Shown: one piece after another, positions 1-9,752 of the stretch
Position numbering within the stretch: the first letter of the stretch is position 1
Layout of the letters: the number at the start of each line of letters is the position of its first letter
NCBI GenBank assembly: GCA_001823535.1
Contig: MHUT01000006.1
Coordinates: 27,631-91,630, forward strand
Direction: 5' to 3'
DNA: 64,000 nt
DNA from: Candidatus Yonathbacteria bacterium RIFCSPHIGHO2_02_FULL_44_14
GTDB lineage: Bacteria > Patescibacteriota > Minisyncoccia > Phycocordibacterales > UBA1550
Program-made: the position numbers and the translations under genes
The notes under the pieces: model-generated
Told to the model about the DNA's origin: nothing
The model's input: only the letters and a program-made list of their open reading frames with translations
The model's database searches: none

Positions 1-18
1 AAAGTTATTGTAACAGAA

Positions 19-942
19 TTGTTTATTTCTGTTATTGTGCTTGTCCTTATTGCAGAACTTTTCATTGCGAGTTCGTTTCTCGACTTATTTATTAAAACAG
101 GGATTACGGTGCTCATTATTTTTTCGAGCTCATTTTTAATCGGAAGCGTAAAACGCGAGATACAGTCCAAAGATAAAATCATGCGTCTATCGCGGGACAT
201 CGATTTAATATCAAAACGATTAAAAGTTCTCGACAAGAAAAAATCGGAATTTCTTTCTATCGCATCCCATCACCTGCGTGACCCGCTTACGGTCATCAAA
301 GGGTATGCCTCAATGCTTGGGGAGGGTTCCTTTGGTGAGCTTTCAGCACCAGTAAAAGAAGCAGTTGAAAAAATTTTTCATTCAAGCGAGCGTCTCATCA
401 CGATGATTTCGGACTTTATGGACATTTCCCGCATCGAGAGCGGTGATATGAGGTACAAGTTTGCTGATGTGGACATGAAAAGGCTCGTGCTTGATATCAC
501 GGGCGAAATGAAACAAAGTGCAGATCGCGCCCACCTGACTTTTAATACTACAATAAATGACGGAATATCCAATGATGAGCAATTTATAACGGTGGGCGAT
601 GCGGGCAAATTGAGACAAGTTATTTCGAACCTCATTGATAATTCCATAAAATATACCCCCCGCGGAGAAATATCTCTGCTTCTTTCCAAGAGTACCAACG
701 GCAAAAAAATTCTCTTTAGCATTTCAGATACGGGGATTGGAATGAGCGAAGTTACAAAGGAAAAGATCTTTCGAAAATTTAGTAGAGCTGAAGGAGTGAG
801 CAAGGTGTATACTGAAGGTACTGGTCTCGGCCTCTACGTGGCAAAAGAAGTCATCAAAAAACACGAGGGTCGCATTTGGGCTGAATCGAAGGGTGAGGGT
901 GCGGGCTCGACTTTTTATCTGGAGCTTGAGGTGAAAAGATAA
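19..942 (+). CDS. Sensor histidine kinase with two N-terminal TM helices, HisKA and HATPase_c domains. The 5' end may lie at or just before the window start.
   Basis: H-box SEFLSIASHHLRDPLTVIKGY; N-box NLIDNSIKYT; G-boxes DTGIGM and GTGLGLYVAKEVI. Hydrophobic N-terminus. Confidence 0.85.
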   Translation: MFISVIVLVLIAELFIASSFLDLFIKTGITVLIIFSSSFLIGSVKREIQSKDKIMRLSRDIDLISKRLKVLDKKKSEFLSIASHHLRDPLTVIKGYASMLGEGSFGELSAPVKEAVEKIFHSSERLITMISDFMDISRIESGDMRYKFADVDMKRLVLDITGEMKQSADRAHLTFNTTINDGISNDEQFITVGDAGKLRQVISNLIDNSIKYTPRGEISLLLSKSTNGKKILFSISDTGIGMSEVTKEKIFRKFSRAEGVSKVYTEGTGLGLYVAKEVIKKHEGRIWAESKGEGAGSTFYLELEVKR

Positions 943-992
943 TGGAGAGACAGGGGCTTTAAAACACTGGTTTTTTCTGGTAGTATGAGGAA

Positions 993-1964
993 ATGCAGAA
1001 AACCTTACTATCGGGAGTAAAACCAACCGGAACAGTCCATATTGGAAACTATTTTGGAGCGATGCGTCAGTTTGTTGACCACCAAGACGACTACCGTCAG
1101 TTTATTTTTCTTGCGAACTATCATGCGCTTACCAGTGTTTCAGATGGTGCGCTTCTTCGCAAGCTCTCGCTCGATCTTGCGATTGATTATCTCGCTATTG
1201 GCATCGATCCGAAAAAGACTACACTTTTTCTCCAGTCGGATGTTCCCGAGGTGACTGAACTTGCCTGGATTTTTAACACAATTACCACCGTGCCGTATCT
1301 TTCTCGCGCCCATGCATACAAAGATGCTGAAGCAAAAAACAAAGAAGTGAGTGTGGGGCTTTTTGATTACCCGATTTTGATGGCAGCGGACATTTTGATA
1401 TATGGTGCGGATGTGGTGCCAGTGGGGCTTGACCAGAAACAGCATATTGAAATTGCACGCGACACCGCACAAAAATTTAATCGTGTTTTCGGTGAGACGT
1501 TCAAAATTCCTGAGCCAATCATTTTGGAAGAAGTAAAAACTGTTCCAGGCACCGATGGACGCAAGATGAGCAAGAGTTACAACAATGTTATTGGGCTTTT
1601 TGCGAGTGATGAGGAAATAAAAAAAGCCGTGATGAGCATCCCAACGGACTCAAAAGGTATTGAGGAATCAAAGAACCCAAGCGATTGCAAAGTCTTTGCA
1701 ATACACGAGCTTTTTCCCGGGAAAGATACTGAAGCACTTCGCGCACGGTACATTGCGGGAGGAATTGGATATAAGGAGTCTAAGGATTTGCTCATAGAGA
1801 AAATAATAGCATTTGTGTCACCTATGCGCGCACTTCGTGAAGAGATTGCTGGCGACACTGAAGCTGTTTTGAAAATTTTGAAAGAGGGCGCGCAAGTGGC
1901 TCGCAGGGAAGCTCAAAAGACAATGAGTGCCGTGCGAGAAAAAGTGGGACTAACTTTAAAATAA
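993..1964 (+). CDS. trpS: Tryptophan--tRNA ligase
   Basis: Class I motifs: KPTGTVHIGNYFG (HIGH-like) and KMSKS. Typical TrpRS length (323 aa). Confidence 0.9.
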   Translation: MQKTLLSGVKPTGTVHIGNYFGAMRQFVDHQDDYRQFIFLANYHALTSVSDGALLRKLSLDLAIDYLAIGIDPKKTTLFLQSDVPEVTELAWIFNTITTVPYLSRAHAYKDAEAKNKEVSVGLFDYPILMAADILIYGADVVPVGLDQKQHIEIARDTAQKFNRVFGETFKIPEPIILEEVKTVPGTDGRKMSKSYNNVIGLFASDEEIKKAVMSIPTDSKGIEESKNPSDCKVFAIHELFPGKDTEALRARYIAGGIGYKESKDLLIEKIIAFVSPMRALREEIAGDTEAVLKILKEGAQVARREAQKTMSAVREKVGLTLK

Positions 1965-1970
1965 AATAAT

Positions 1971-2210
1971 ATGGGACAAATGGAACAATCAACTGGAGCC
2001 GGATTTACTGAGAGACAGCAGCTTGCCAGGAATATGGCTCAAATGCAGCTTGCCTATGAGTCGGATCAAGCCGTCATTCCTTGGATTGAGGAGCATGCAA
2101 AGGATTTTGATGATTTAGTAAAGCGTGACCCGTTGATTCTTGAGGAGCTTGCAGAAGAAAAAACACACGCTAGCGCGATAGAAAAAGTCAAAAAAGAAAT
2201 ATATCATTAA
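1971..2210 (+). CDS. Hypothetical small acidic protein (79 aa)
   Basis: Intact ORF filling the trpS-aspS gap. No recognisable motif and a weak RBS. Confidence 0.4.
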   Translation: MGQMEQSTGAGFTERQQLARNMAQMQLAYESDQAVIPWIEEHAKDFDDLVKRDPLILEELAEEKTHASAIEKVKKEIYH

Positions 2211-2214
2211 AATT

Positions 2215-3540
2215 ATGGAACGAACATATATCAAAGACCTAAAAAATCATATTGGGGAAGAAGTCACTGTTAAAGGATGGGTGGATATTCGTCGTGATCA
2301 TGGTAAGCTCATTTTTCTTGATCTTCGCGATATGACAGGCAAAGTGCAGATGGTTGCGCTCCCAAACAATGCCGAGGCCCACACTGCAGCTACAACTGCT
2401 CGTTCCGAGTGGGTTATTGGGGTGCGTGGCATGGTGAACACGCGCCCCCCAAAGATGGTAAAAGAAGGTCTCAATGGTGATCTGGAGATCGAGATGCTCG
2501 ACGTAAAAGTTTTAGGGAAAGCGCAGGAACTTCCGTTTGAGCTTGGAGCGGAGCTTAACCTTGATACCTATCTCGACAACCTCCCGCTTACTCTTCGTGA
2601 GGAAAAAGCGCGGGCGGTATTTAAAGTTCAGGCAGTAATTATACACGCATTTCGCAATTTTCTTGTTGGTGAAGGATTCACGGAATTTCAAGCGCCGAAA
2701 CTTATTGGAGAAGATGCAGAAGGCGGAGCAAACTCATTTAATGTTGAATATTTTGGCCATACTGCACACCTTGCACAGAGTCCGCAGCTCTACAAACAGA
2801 TCATGGTCGGCGTATTTGAGCGAGTATTCTCAACAGGTAATGTATATCGCGCAGAGAAACACAGCACAACGCGACATTTGAATGAATACACGAGCCTTGA
2901 TATCGAGATGGGTTTTATCAAGGACCATACTGATGTGATGAATATGGAAAATCGTATTCTCGCGTACATCACCAAAGAGCTCAAAGAAAAGTGCGCTGCT
3001 GAGTTTGCTCTTTTTGGAGCAACCATTCCTGAGGTTCCAGAAAAAATTCCTGCAATGAAACTCCGCGAAGCGCAGGAGATTATCAAAAAGGAAACGGGGG
3101 AGGATTGCACAAAAGAGCCTGACCTCGAACCCGCACACGAACGTTTCCTCTGCGAGTATGCAAAACGTGAATTCGATTCTGATTTTATTTTCATCACGCA
3201 TTTTCCAATTACCAAGCGACCATTCTACACACACGAAGACGAGACTGATCCTGGTTATGCAAAGGGCGGTGACTTACTTTTCCGTGGTATCGAGATTACA
3301 ACGCTTGCACAGCGTATTCATGACTACGACACCCTCGTACAGTCGATGAAAAACAAGGGACTTGATCCTGAAAAGTTTCGCTTCTATTTGCAGGCTTTCA
3401 AATATGGAATGCCTCCGCACGGCGGGCTAGGGCTTGGTCTAGAACGTTTGACTACAAAGTTTCTTGGACTCGAAAATGTGAAGCAAGCGACGCTTTTCCC
3501 GCGCGATCTCAACCGCATTGACATGTTGCTCTCAAATTAA
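2215..3540 (+). CDS. aspS: Aspartate--tRNA ligase, archaeal/eukaryal-type class IIb (possibly non-discriminating)
   Basis: LAQSPQLYKQ and GNVYRAEKHSTTRHLNEYTSLDIEM motifs typical of archaeal-type AspRS rather than AsnRS. C-terminal GLGLERL. Confidence 0.8.
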   Translation: MERTYIKDLKNHIGEEVTVKGWVDIRRDHGKLIFLDLRDMTGKVQMVALPNNAEAHTAATTARSEWVIGVRGMVNTRPPKMVKEGLNGDLEIEMLDVKVLGKAQELPFELGAELNLDTYLDNLPLTLREEKARAVFKVQAVIIHAFRNFLVGEGFTEFQAPKLIGEDAEGGANSFNVEYFGHTAHLAQSPQLYKQIMVGVFERVFSTGNVYRAEKHSTTRHLNEYTSLDIEMGFIKDHTDVMNMENRILAYITKELKEKCAAEFALFGATIPEVPEKIPAMKLREAQEIIKKETGEDCTKEPDLEPAHERFLCEYAKREFDSDFIFITHFPITKRPFYTHEDETDPGYAKGGDLLFRGIEITTLAQRIHDYDTLVQSMKNKGLDPEKFRFYLQAFKYGMPPHGGLGLGLERLTTKFLGLENVKQATLFPRDLNRIDMLLSN

Positions 3541-3542
3541 AT

Positions 3543-3884
3543 ATGCTCAATCAAGCTATCTTGATTCTATTCGCTGGCGGAACATTTCTAACTCTTGGAG
3601 ATATTACCGCTAAAAAATGGGTAGAGCTTTCAGATGGCAGGTTTTCTGTTGCTACACCATATTATGTTTTGAGCCTTGCATTTTATTGTGTAGGAGTTAC
3701 GTTATTCGCGTTTACACTAAAACAAAAAAATATTGCCATCGCGACAGTCATCCTTATCTTTTTTAACGTGCTTACCGTTTCAATTGCGGGCTACTTGTTG
3801 TTCAATGAAAAATTTTCAGCCCTTCAAATCTTGGGAATAGCCATTGGTTTTTCGGCTGTTGTTATTCTTGAAATAGCGGAGTAA
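3543..3884 (+). CDS. Small four-TM membrane protein, SMR/DMT-like
   Basis: 113 aa with four hydrophobic helices. Family assigned by shape only. Confidence 0.45.
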   Translation: MLNQAILILFAGGTFLTLGDITAKKWVELSDGRFSVATPYYVLSLAFYCVGVTLFAFTLKQKNIAIATVILIFFNVLTVSIAGYLLFNEKFSALQILGIAIGFSAVVILEIAE

Positions 3885-3910
3885 TATTGAAAAAATAGGA
3901 GATACATATA

Positions 3911-4651
3911 ATGACTCACGATTATCAAATTAAAACAGATGTATTTGAAGGACCACTTGAGCTCTTGCTTGACCTTGTAGAGAAGCGCAAACTTTTTATC
4001 AACGAGATTTCGCTTGCTCAGGTTGCGGATGATTACATCGCGCATCTAAAGGAGTTTGAAAAAATGCCCGTGGATTTTGTATCCAACTTCCTTATTGTTG
4101 CGGCAACACTTATCCTCATTAAGTCAAAATCACTCTTACCAACACTTTCTTTAACAGAAGAAGAAACCCATGACATTGATGAACTTGAGAGACGTCTTAA
4201 GGAGTACCAGAAAATCCGCGAGCTGTCCGTGCATGTAAAGCAAATGTTTGGCGCGAAAATCTCTTTTCCAAAAGGGCAATCTCGAGAGCGCGAAGCAGTG
4301 TTTACACCAAGCGAAGAAATTACTGTTAAAAGTATTTTTTCGGCAGTGAAGGATGTTATTCTTCATTTCCCGAAAAAAATCACGCTTCCAAAAGTTGTAG
4401 TGAAAAAAGTTATCTCGCTTGAGGATATGATGGACAGGCTAACTACACGTATTACAGGAAGCTTGAAAATGAGCTTTCGTGATTTCGCCGGCGTAGGGAA
4501 GGAGGAGAAAGTAAATATTATCGTGAGTTTCCTCGCCATGCTTGAATTGGTTAAGCAGGGGATGATCGCCGTAACGCAAGGATCTCATGGCGATGATATT
4601 GAAATCGAAACTAAAGTGCTCGAGACGCCAAATTACGGCGCTTCCACATAG
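3911..4651 (+). CDS. scpA: Segregation and condensation protein A
   Basis: N-terminal LLDLVEKRKLFINEISLAQVADDY kleisin signature. About 246 aa. Confidence 0.85.
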   Translation: MTHDYQIKTDVFEGPLELLLDLVEKRKLFINEISLAQVADDYIAHLKEFEKMPVDFVSNFLIVAATLILIKSKSLLPTLSLTEEETHDIDELERRLKEYQKIRELSVHVKQMFGAKISFPKGQSREREAVFTPSEEITVKSIFSAVKDVILHFPKKITLPKVVVKKVISLEDMMDRLTTRITGSLKMSFRDFAGVGKEEKVNIIVSFLAMLELVKQGMIAVTQGSHGDDIEIETKVLETPNYGAST

Positions 4652-4690
4652 TCCCCAATCCTGATATTCGGTTTTTCGACTAATCCTTTA

Positions 4691-4732
4691 CTATGTACCT
4701 ATTTTGCTCGATAGAGCAAAATAGGTACATAG
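4691..4732. repeat. Perfect 19-bp inverted repeat with a 4-nt loop, between scpA and scpB
   Basis: ctatgtacctattttgctc-gata-gagcaaaataggtacatag. No downstream T-run. Confidence 0.7.
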
Positions 4733-4767
4733 TTGGTGCATCATGAGCATGTGATACAATAGGCTAT

Positions 4768-5322
4768 ATGGAACTTTCCCAACAAATCGAAGCATTATTA
4801 TTTTTTAAGGGCGAGCCAGTAACGGTAGCTTTTTTGGCTAAAACCCTTGGTGTATCAGATGACGACGTGATGCAGGGGCTTCTTGGGCTTGAGCAGGCAC
4901 TTCTGGGACGCGGAATTATCCTGATGCAAAATGCCGGTGAATATATGTTGGGAACGACACCGCAAATGGGTCAGACCATAGAAGAGAAGCTTCTAAAAGA
5001 AGAACTTGCAAAGGATCTGGGGAAGGCCGGTCTTGAGACACTCGCGACCGTGCTTTACCGAGGGCCGATTTTGAGGAGCGAGATCAACTATCTGCGCGGA
5101 GTGAATTCAAATTATATTTTGCGCAACCTGCTCATCCGCGGACTTATTGAAAAAGTTGATCAAGGTGGACGAAGCACCGTGTATCAGCCAACATTCGAGC
5201 TATTGTCGTATATGGGAGTTAGTAAAGTGTCGGATTTGCCAGGGTACGATGATGCAAACAAGGATATTGAGGAGTTTAAAGAAGCAGAAAAAACAACAGA
5301 CCATGAACACGAAAAGGGATAG
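4768..5322 (+). CDS. scpB: Segregation and condensation protein B
   Basis: Tandem winged-helix pattern EALLFFKGEPV...LG; follows scpA. Confidence 0.85.
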   Translation: MELSQQIEALLFFKGEPVTVAFLAKTLGVSDDDVMQGLLGLEQALLGRGIILMQNAGEYMLGTTPQMGQTIEEKLLKEELAKDLGKAGLETLATVLYRGPILRSEINYLRGVNSNYILRNLLIRGLIEKVDQGGRSTVYQPTFELLSYMGVSKVSDLPGYDDANKDIEEFKEAEKTTDHEHEKG

Positions 5323-6286
5323 AGAAAAAATTATCACAAAGCGCGCTCACGCGCTTTTGGTCGTGCTCGGTGGCGGGGCAGGTATCGCAATCCTTATGCA
5401 AGGGCTGCTCTCTTTTGCCCTGCCAACCTCGGCAGAATCAGTTATGGATGTACCGAAGGAAATTCGTTCTGCAACTACTACAAACCCTTTTGAAAATATT
5501 TCCATTGAGGCACGTGCAGTATACGTCTTTCGTTTAAATACCAGCACTGTATTATATGCCAAAAATGAAAATGAAAAACTTCCTCTTGCGTCGATTACAA
5601 AACTCATGACCGCACTTGTTGCGCGAGAATATTTTAGCGAAAGTGCAGCAATGACTCTTTCGTCTGATGATATTTCAGCGGAAGGAGATTCGGGACTTCG
5701 CGTTGGAGAAAGATGGAGATTTGGAGATTTGCTTAACGTGATGCTGCTCGTTTCTTCAAACGATGCCGCGCATGCAGTTGCTAGTTTTGTGGGGTCGGAA
5801 GGTAGAGTCTCTCAAGGTATTAATACCACCCTCGCGCGAGCCAGCTTTGTGCAGATGATGAACGAAAAAGCACTTGCCTTCAAGTTTGAGCAAATGCAGT
5901 TTTTTAATGAGTCGGGGCTTGATGTGAGTATGACGCAAAACGGCGGATATGGTTCTGCGCGCAATGTCGCAGAACTTTTTGCTGAATTATGGAAAAAATA
6001 TCCCGAGACTGTTGAGATAACCGCACATAAAGACGCACGCATTTTTTCCCAGGACAGCATTGCACATATTTTGCCAAACACAAACGAAATAGTCGGGCAT
6101 ATCCCCGGACTCGTTGCCTCAAAGACTGGCTTTACGGACATTTCGGGGGGCAATTTGGCAGTTATTTTTGATCGGGGGATAGGTGACCCTGTCGCCGTGG
6201 TTGTTCTTGGGTCGAGCTATAAGGGACGTTTTGTTGACGTGCAAAAGCTTATCACTGCAACACTAAATTCTATTCAAAACAACTAA
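5303..6286 (+). CDS. D-alanyl-D-alanine carboxypeptidase (S11, PBP5/6-like)
   Basis: SxxK (ASITK), SxN (SSND) and KTG (KTGFT) motifs; N-terminal TM anchor. Start reassigned to ATG 5303, so the upstream ORF extension overlapping scpB is discarded. Confidence 0.8.
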   Translation: MNTKRDREKIITKRAHALLVVLGGGAGIAILMQGLLSFALPTSAESVMDVPKEIRSATTTNPFENISIEARAVYVFRLNTSTVLYAKNENEKLPLASITKLMTALVAREYFSESAAMTLSSDDISAEGDSGLRVGERWRFGDLLNVMLLVSSNDAAHAVASFVGSEGRVSQGINTTLARASFVQMMNEKALAFKFEQMQFFNESGLDVSMTQNGGYGSARNVAELFAELWKKYPETVEITAHKDARIFSQDSIAHILPNTNEIVGHIPGLVASKTGFTDISGGNLAVIFDRGIGDPVAVVVLGSSYKGRFVDVQKLITATLNSIQNN

Positions 6287-6294
6287 ACGTCTAT

Positions 6295-6323
6295 TTGCGA
6301 TACTCATCGTTTGGCGATATAAT
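6295..6323 (+). promoter_or_regulatory. Sigma70-like promoter upstream of mraY (TTGCGA-17 nt-TATAAT)
   Basis: ttgcga at 6295-6300 and tataat at 6318-6323, 12 nt before the mraY ATG region. Confidence 0.5.
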
Positions 6324-6334
6324 GAGGGCATATT

Positions 6335-7390
6335 ATGCTAATTGATGTTGTTAAAATCCTTCTTCCCACCGCTACTGCCTTCTTTGTTGGTATCGCAATA
6401 ACCCCATTTCTTACGGATTTTCTTTATCACCATAAGATGTGGAAGAAGTCGAGTGTTAAGCTCACGATGGACGGTAGGGAAGCGACCATCTCGGGCAAGC
6501 TTCACAATGATGAAGAGCGAAAAACCCCGCGCATGGGTGGGGTGGTAGTGTGGGGGTCGGTTTTTATCACTGCGTTTTTGTTTTTTATACTGGCAGCAAT
6601 TTTTCCAGACAGTTTTTTTGCTAAACTCTCATTTCTCTCACGTGAGCAGACCTGGCTCCCACTCTTTACACTTATTGCTGGCGCACTTTTTGGTCTTATT
6701 GATGATTATCTTGTTTGTCGTGAATCAGGCACCTATGCGGGTGGCGGTCTATCTCTCCGTGTAAGACTTGCTTTTGTATTTTTTCTTGCGACAGCAGGTG
6801 CGTGGTGGTTTTATGTAAAGCTGGGGATGGATATCGTACATGTGCCGTTTGTCGGGGATGTGTATTTGGGAGTGTGGTTTATTCCACTATTCATTATTTT
6901 TATGATTGGTATTTATTCCGGCGGGATTATAGACGGTGTTGACGGGCTCTCGGGCGGTGTTTTTGCGTCAATTTTTACCGCGTACGCGGTCATTGCTTTC
7001 GCGCAAGGGCAAATTGACCTTGCGGCATTTTCGAGTGTGCTCGTCGGAGGACTCCTCGCGTTCCTTTGGTTTAATATACCACCCGCACGTTTTTTTAATT
7101 CTGAAACAGGAACAATGGCTCTCACGACCGCCCTTACTGTTGTTGCTTTTTTAACGAAGGCAGTCCTCGTTCTTCCAATCATTGCATTTATTCTTATTGC
7201 AACAAGCGCCTCTAGTCTGATTCAGATTCTTTCAAAAAGATATCGCGGTGGCAAAAAGGTATTTTTGGTAGCACCGCTACACAATCATTTTCAAGCACTC
7301 GGCTGGCCGCCATACAAGGTGACAATGCGATATTGGGTCATATCAGTTGTACTCGCTCTTGTTGGTACAATAATCGCACTGGTAGGATAA
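6335..7390 (+). CDS. mraY: Phospho-N-acetylmuramoyl-pentapeptide transferase
   Basis: LIDDYLV, GIIDGVDGLSGG and APLHNHFQALGW motifs; multi-TM. Confidence 0.85.
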   Translation: MLIDVVKILLPTATAFFVGIAITPFLTDFLYHHKMWKKSSVKLTMDGREATISGKLHNDEERKTPRMGGVVVWGSVFITAFLFFILAAIFPDSFFAKLSFLSREQTWLPLFTLIAGALFGLIDDYLVCRESGTYAGGGLSLRVRLAFVFFLATAGAWWFYVKLGMDIVHVPFVGDVYLGVWFIPLFIIFMIGIYSGGIIDGVDGLSGGVFASIFTAYAVIAFAQGQIDLAAFSSVLVGGLLAFLWFNIPPARFFNSETGTMALTTALTVVAFLTKAVLVLPIIAFILIATSASSLIQILSKRYRGGKKVFLVAPLHNHFQALGWPPYKVTMRYWVISVVLALVGTIIALVG

Positions 7391-7420
7391 TTGCCTAGTG
7401 ATTTGATGACATAAGATGAT

Positions 7421-8524
7421 ATGAAAAAAAATCAATCAATTGATAAAATATTTCTCAGCATCACTGCTCTCCTTGCGTTGGTTGGGCTTTTTGTTTTCAC
7501 ATCTGCTTCATTTGGGCTTTTTGCGCGCAAGGGATTTTCTTTGCAGGATCTCCTGTTTGATCAGGTAGTTCTTGGACTTTTTTTGGGAATAATTGTTGCA
7601 GCAGTAGTTGCGTTCAAGTTTCCATTAAAATTCTTGCAGGCCAACGCACTCTATTTTTTTATAGGTTCGATTGTTATTTCTTTGTTCGTTTTTGTGCCTG
7701 GGGTGGGGCTTGAGCACGGTGGAGCACATAGATGGATCGATCTCGGAATAATTTCGTTTCAACCCTCAGAGCTTCTCAAGCTTGGCACGATTATCTATTT
7801 TGCCGCACTCCTGCCCCTCTTTAGAGAGCGTATCGGTACGTTGAAGTATGCTATTGGCGTCACGGCAGGAATACTCTTTTTCCCCGCGGTAATTTTGCTT
7901 CTGGAGCCCGACACAGGAACATTTGCGGTAGTTTTTACGGCAATAACAGCAATGCTCCTTGCGGCTGGCATGAAGATTCGTCATTTTGTACTTATTATTG
8001 TCGTCAGCATCCTTGCCATCGGCATTTTGGCAATCGCGCGTCCGTATGTGGGTGAGCGCTTACTTACGTATCTTGACCCATCGCGTGACCCGCAGGGAGC
8101 AAGCTACCAGATTCAGAAATCACTTCTTGCCATCGGCTCAGGCGGTATAACCGGGCGGGGGTTTGGTCAAAGTATTCAGAAATTCGGATCTCTTCCCGAG
8201 CCGACTGGCGACTCAATTTTTGCAGTAGTGGGGGAGGAGTTCGGATTTATTGGAGGGTCGACAATCGTAATTTTATTCCTATTGTTTGGCGTTCGGGGAA
8301 TCCAAATAGCGCGTCGCGCCCCAGATATGTTTGAATCGCTTTTAGCCGTCGGAATTGTTATACTGATAATATCGCAGTCATTTGCGAATATCGCAGCGAT
8401 GCTCGGACTTATACCGCTTACGGGAGTGCCGCTTGTTTTTGTGAGTCATGGCGGCACTGCGCTCCTTTTCGCTTTCCTCGAAGTCGGCATTCTCCTTAAT
8501 ATTTCTAAATTATCAAAAGCATGA
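7421..8524 (+). CDS. ftsW: SEDS-family peptidoglycan glycosyltransferase (FtsW/RodA)
   Basis: 10-TM profile with PSELLKL and VSHGGTALL motifs. Lies between mraY and murG. Confidence 0.8.
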   Translation: MKKNQSIDKIFLSITALLALVGLFVFTSASFGLFARKGFSLQDLLFDQVVLGLFLGIIVAAVVAFKFPLKFLQANALYFFIGSIVISLFVFVPGVGLEHGGAHRWIDLGIISFQPSELLKLGTIIYFAALLPLFRERIGTLKYAIGVTAGILFFPAVILLLEPDTGTFAVVFTAITAMLLAAGMKIRHFVLIIVVSILAIGILAIARPYVGERLLTYLDPSRDPQGASYQIQKSLLAIGSGGITGRGFGQSIQKFGSLPEPTGDSIFAVVGEEFGFIGGSTIVILFLLFGVRGIQIARRAPDMFESLLAVGIVILIISQSFANIAAMLGLIPLTGVPLVFVSHGGTALLFAFLEVGILLNISKLSKA

Positions 8525-9648
8525 AAATTCTTTTTACCGGAGGCGGTAGCGGCGGACATTTTTATCCGATTATTGCCGTTGCTGAAAAATTAAATAAGAT
8601 GCTTGATCGCGAAAAAATGGCGAGCGCAGAGCTTTACTACATGTCGACCGAACCTTATAACGAAAGGCTATTGTATGACAATAAAATAAAATTCAAACGG
8701 GTGACAGCAGGAAAAATGCGCGCATATTTCTCCATTCAAAACTTCTTTGATATATGGAAGACCAGCTGGGGCATTTTCAAGGCGCTTTTTCAACTTTTTG
8801 CATTGTATCCCGATGTTATTTTTGGAAAAGGAGGATTTCCGAGTTTCCCCGTTCTTTTTGCCGCCCGCCTTTTTCGCATCCCAGTGATTATTCACGAATC
8901 AGACAGTGTCCCCGGACGCGTAAACGCATGGGCGGGGAAATTTGCACAAAAAATAGCGATCTCTTATGCTGAGGCAGCGCAGTTTTTCCCCGAAGGCCGC
9001 ACGGCGCTTACGGGAAACCCGATTCGAGAAGAAGTTCTTCGACCATCAGGGAAGGAGGCGTTTAAAGAGCTTGGGCTGGATCCAAATATTCCAGTACTTC
9101 TTGTTCTTGGTGGTTCTCAAGGTGCGCGCGCTATCAACAATCAAATGGAGACGCTTGCGCCGCGGCTTGTAGAAAAATACCAAATTATTCATCAAGCGGG
9201 TGAAGTAAATATGGCCGAAGTCCAGACTACCGTGAACGGTCTTTTGGGAGGCAATCCAAATGCATCACGTTACCACATTTATGGATACATGGGTTCTGAA
9301 ACAATGAAGCTTTCCGCTGAGGCGACTACTGTTGTTGTGTCCCGCGCTGGGTCTGCGATTTTTGAAATTGCGGCGTGGGGCATACCCGCAATACTTATTC
9401 CGATTGCAAACCATGTTGGCGATCATCAACGGAAAAATGCGTTTGCTTATGCGCGGTCGGGTGGTGCGGTGGTTATAGAAGAGGCAAATCTCGGACCAAA
9501 TATTTTGCTGTCAGAAATAGAAAATTTAATGCAAGATGAGAATAAACGTGCTGTAATGAAAGAATCGGCTAAAGTATTTGCGCGTACCGATGCGGCCGAA
9601 AAAATTGCCGAGCAGATTATTGCGGTTCTTTTGCGGCATCAGATTTAA
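8521..9648 (+). CDS. murG: UDP-GlcNAc--undecaprenyl-PP-MurNAc-pentapeptide GlcNAc transferase
   Basis: N-terminal MKILFTGGGSGGHFYPIIAVAEKL; GT28 architecture. ATGA overlap with the ftsW stop. Confidence 0.85.
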   Translation: MKILFTGGGSGGHFYPIIAVAEKLNKMLDREKMASAELYYMSTEPYNERLLYDNKIKFKRVTAGKMRAYFSIQNFFDIWKTSWGIFKALFQLFALYPDVIFGKGGFPSFPVLFAARLFRIPVIIHESDSVPGRVNAWAGKFAQKIAISYAEAAQFFPEGRTALTGNPIREEVLRPSGKEAFKELGLDPNIPVLLVLGGSQGARAINNQMETLAPRLVEKYQIIHQAGEVNMAEVQTTVNGLLGGNPNASRYHIYGYMGSETMKLSAEATTVVVSRAGSAIFEIAAWGIPAILIPIANHVGDHQRKNAFAYARSGGAVVIEEANLGPNILLSEIENLMQDENKRAVMKESAKVFARTDAAEKIAEQIIAVLLRHQI

Positions 9649-9752
9649 GAATAGAAGCTGCGCGATATCTTCTTGTGTCGTGTTGCCGGCTTAGGTACCA
9701 TGTGTCTCATAGCAGAGCGCGCGATAATACTCGTTTGCTACAATAAAAAAAT

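Noticed and set aside
5147-5302. 5' extension of the carboxypeptidase ORF overlapping scpB
   Set aside because: The extension lies within the scpB coding frame region and has no peptidase-related sequence. The internal ATG at 5303 gives a normal N-terminal TM anchor.
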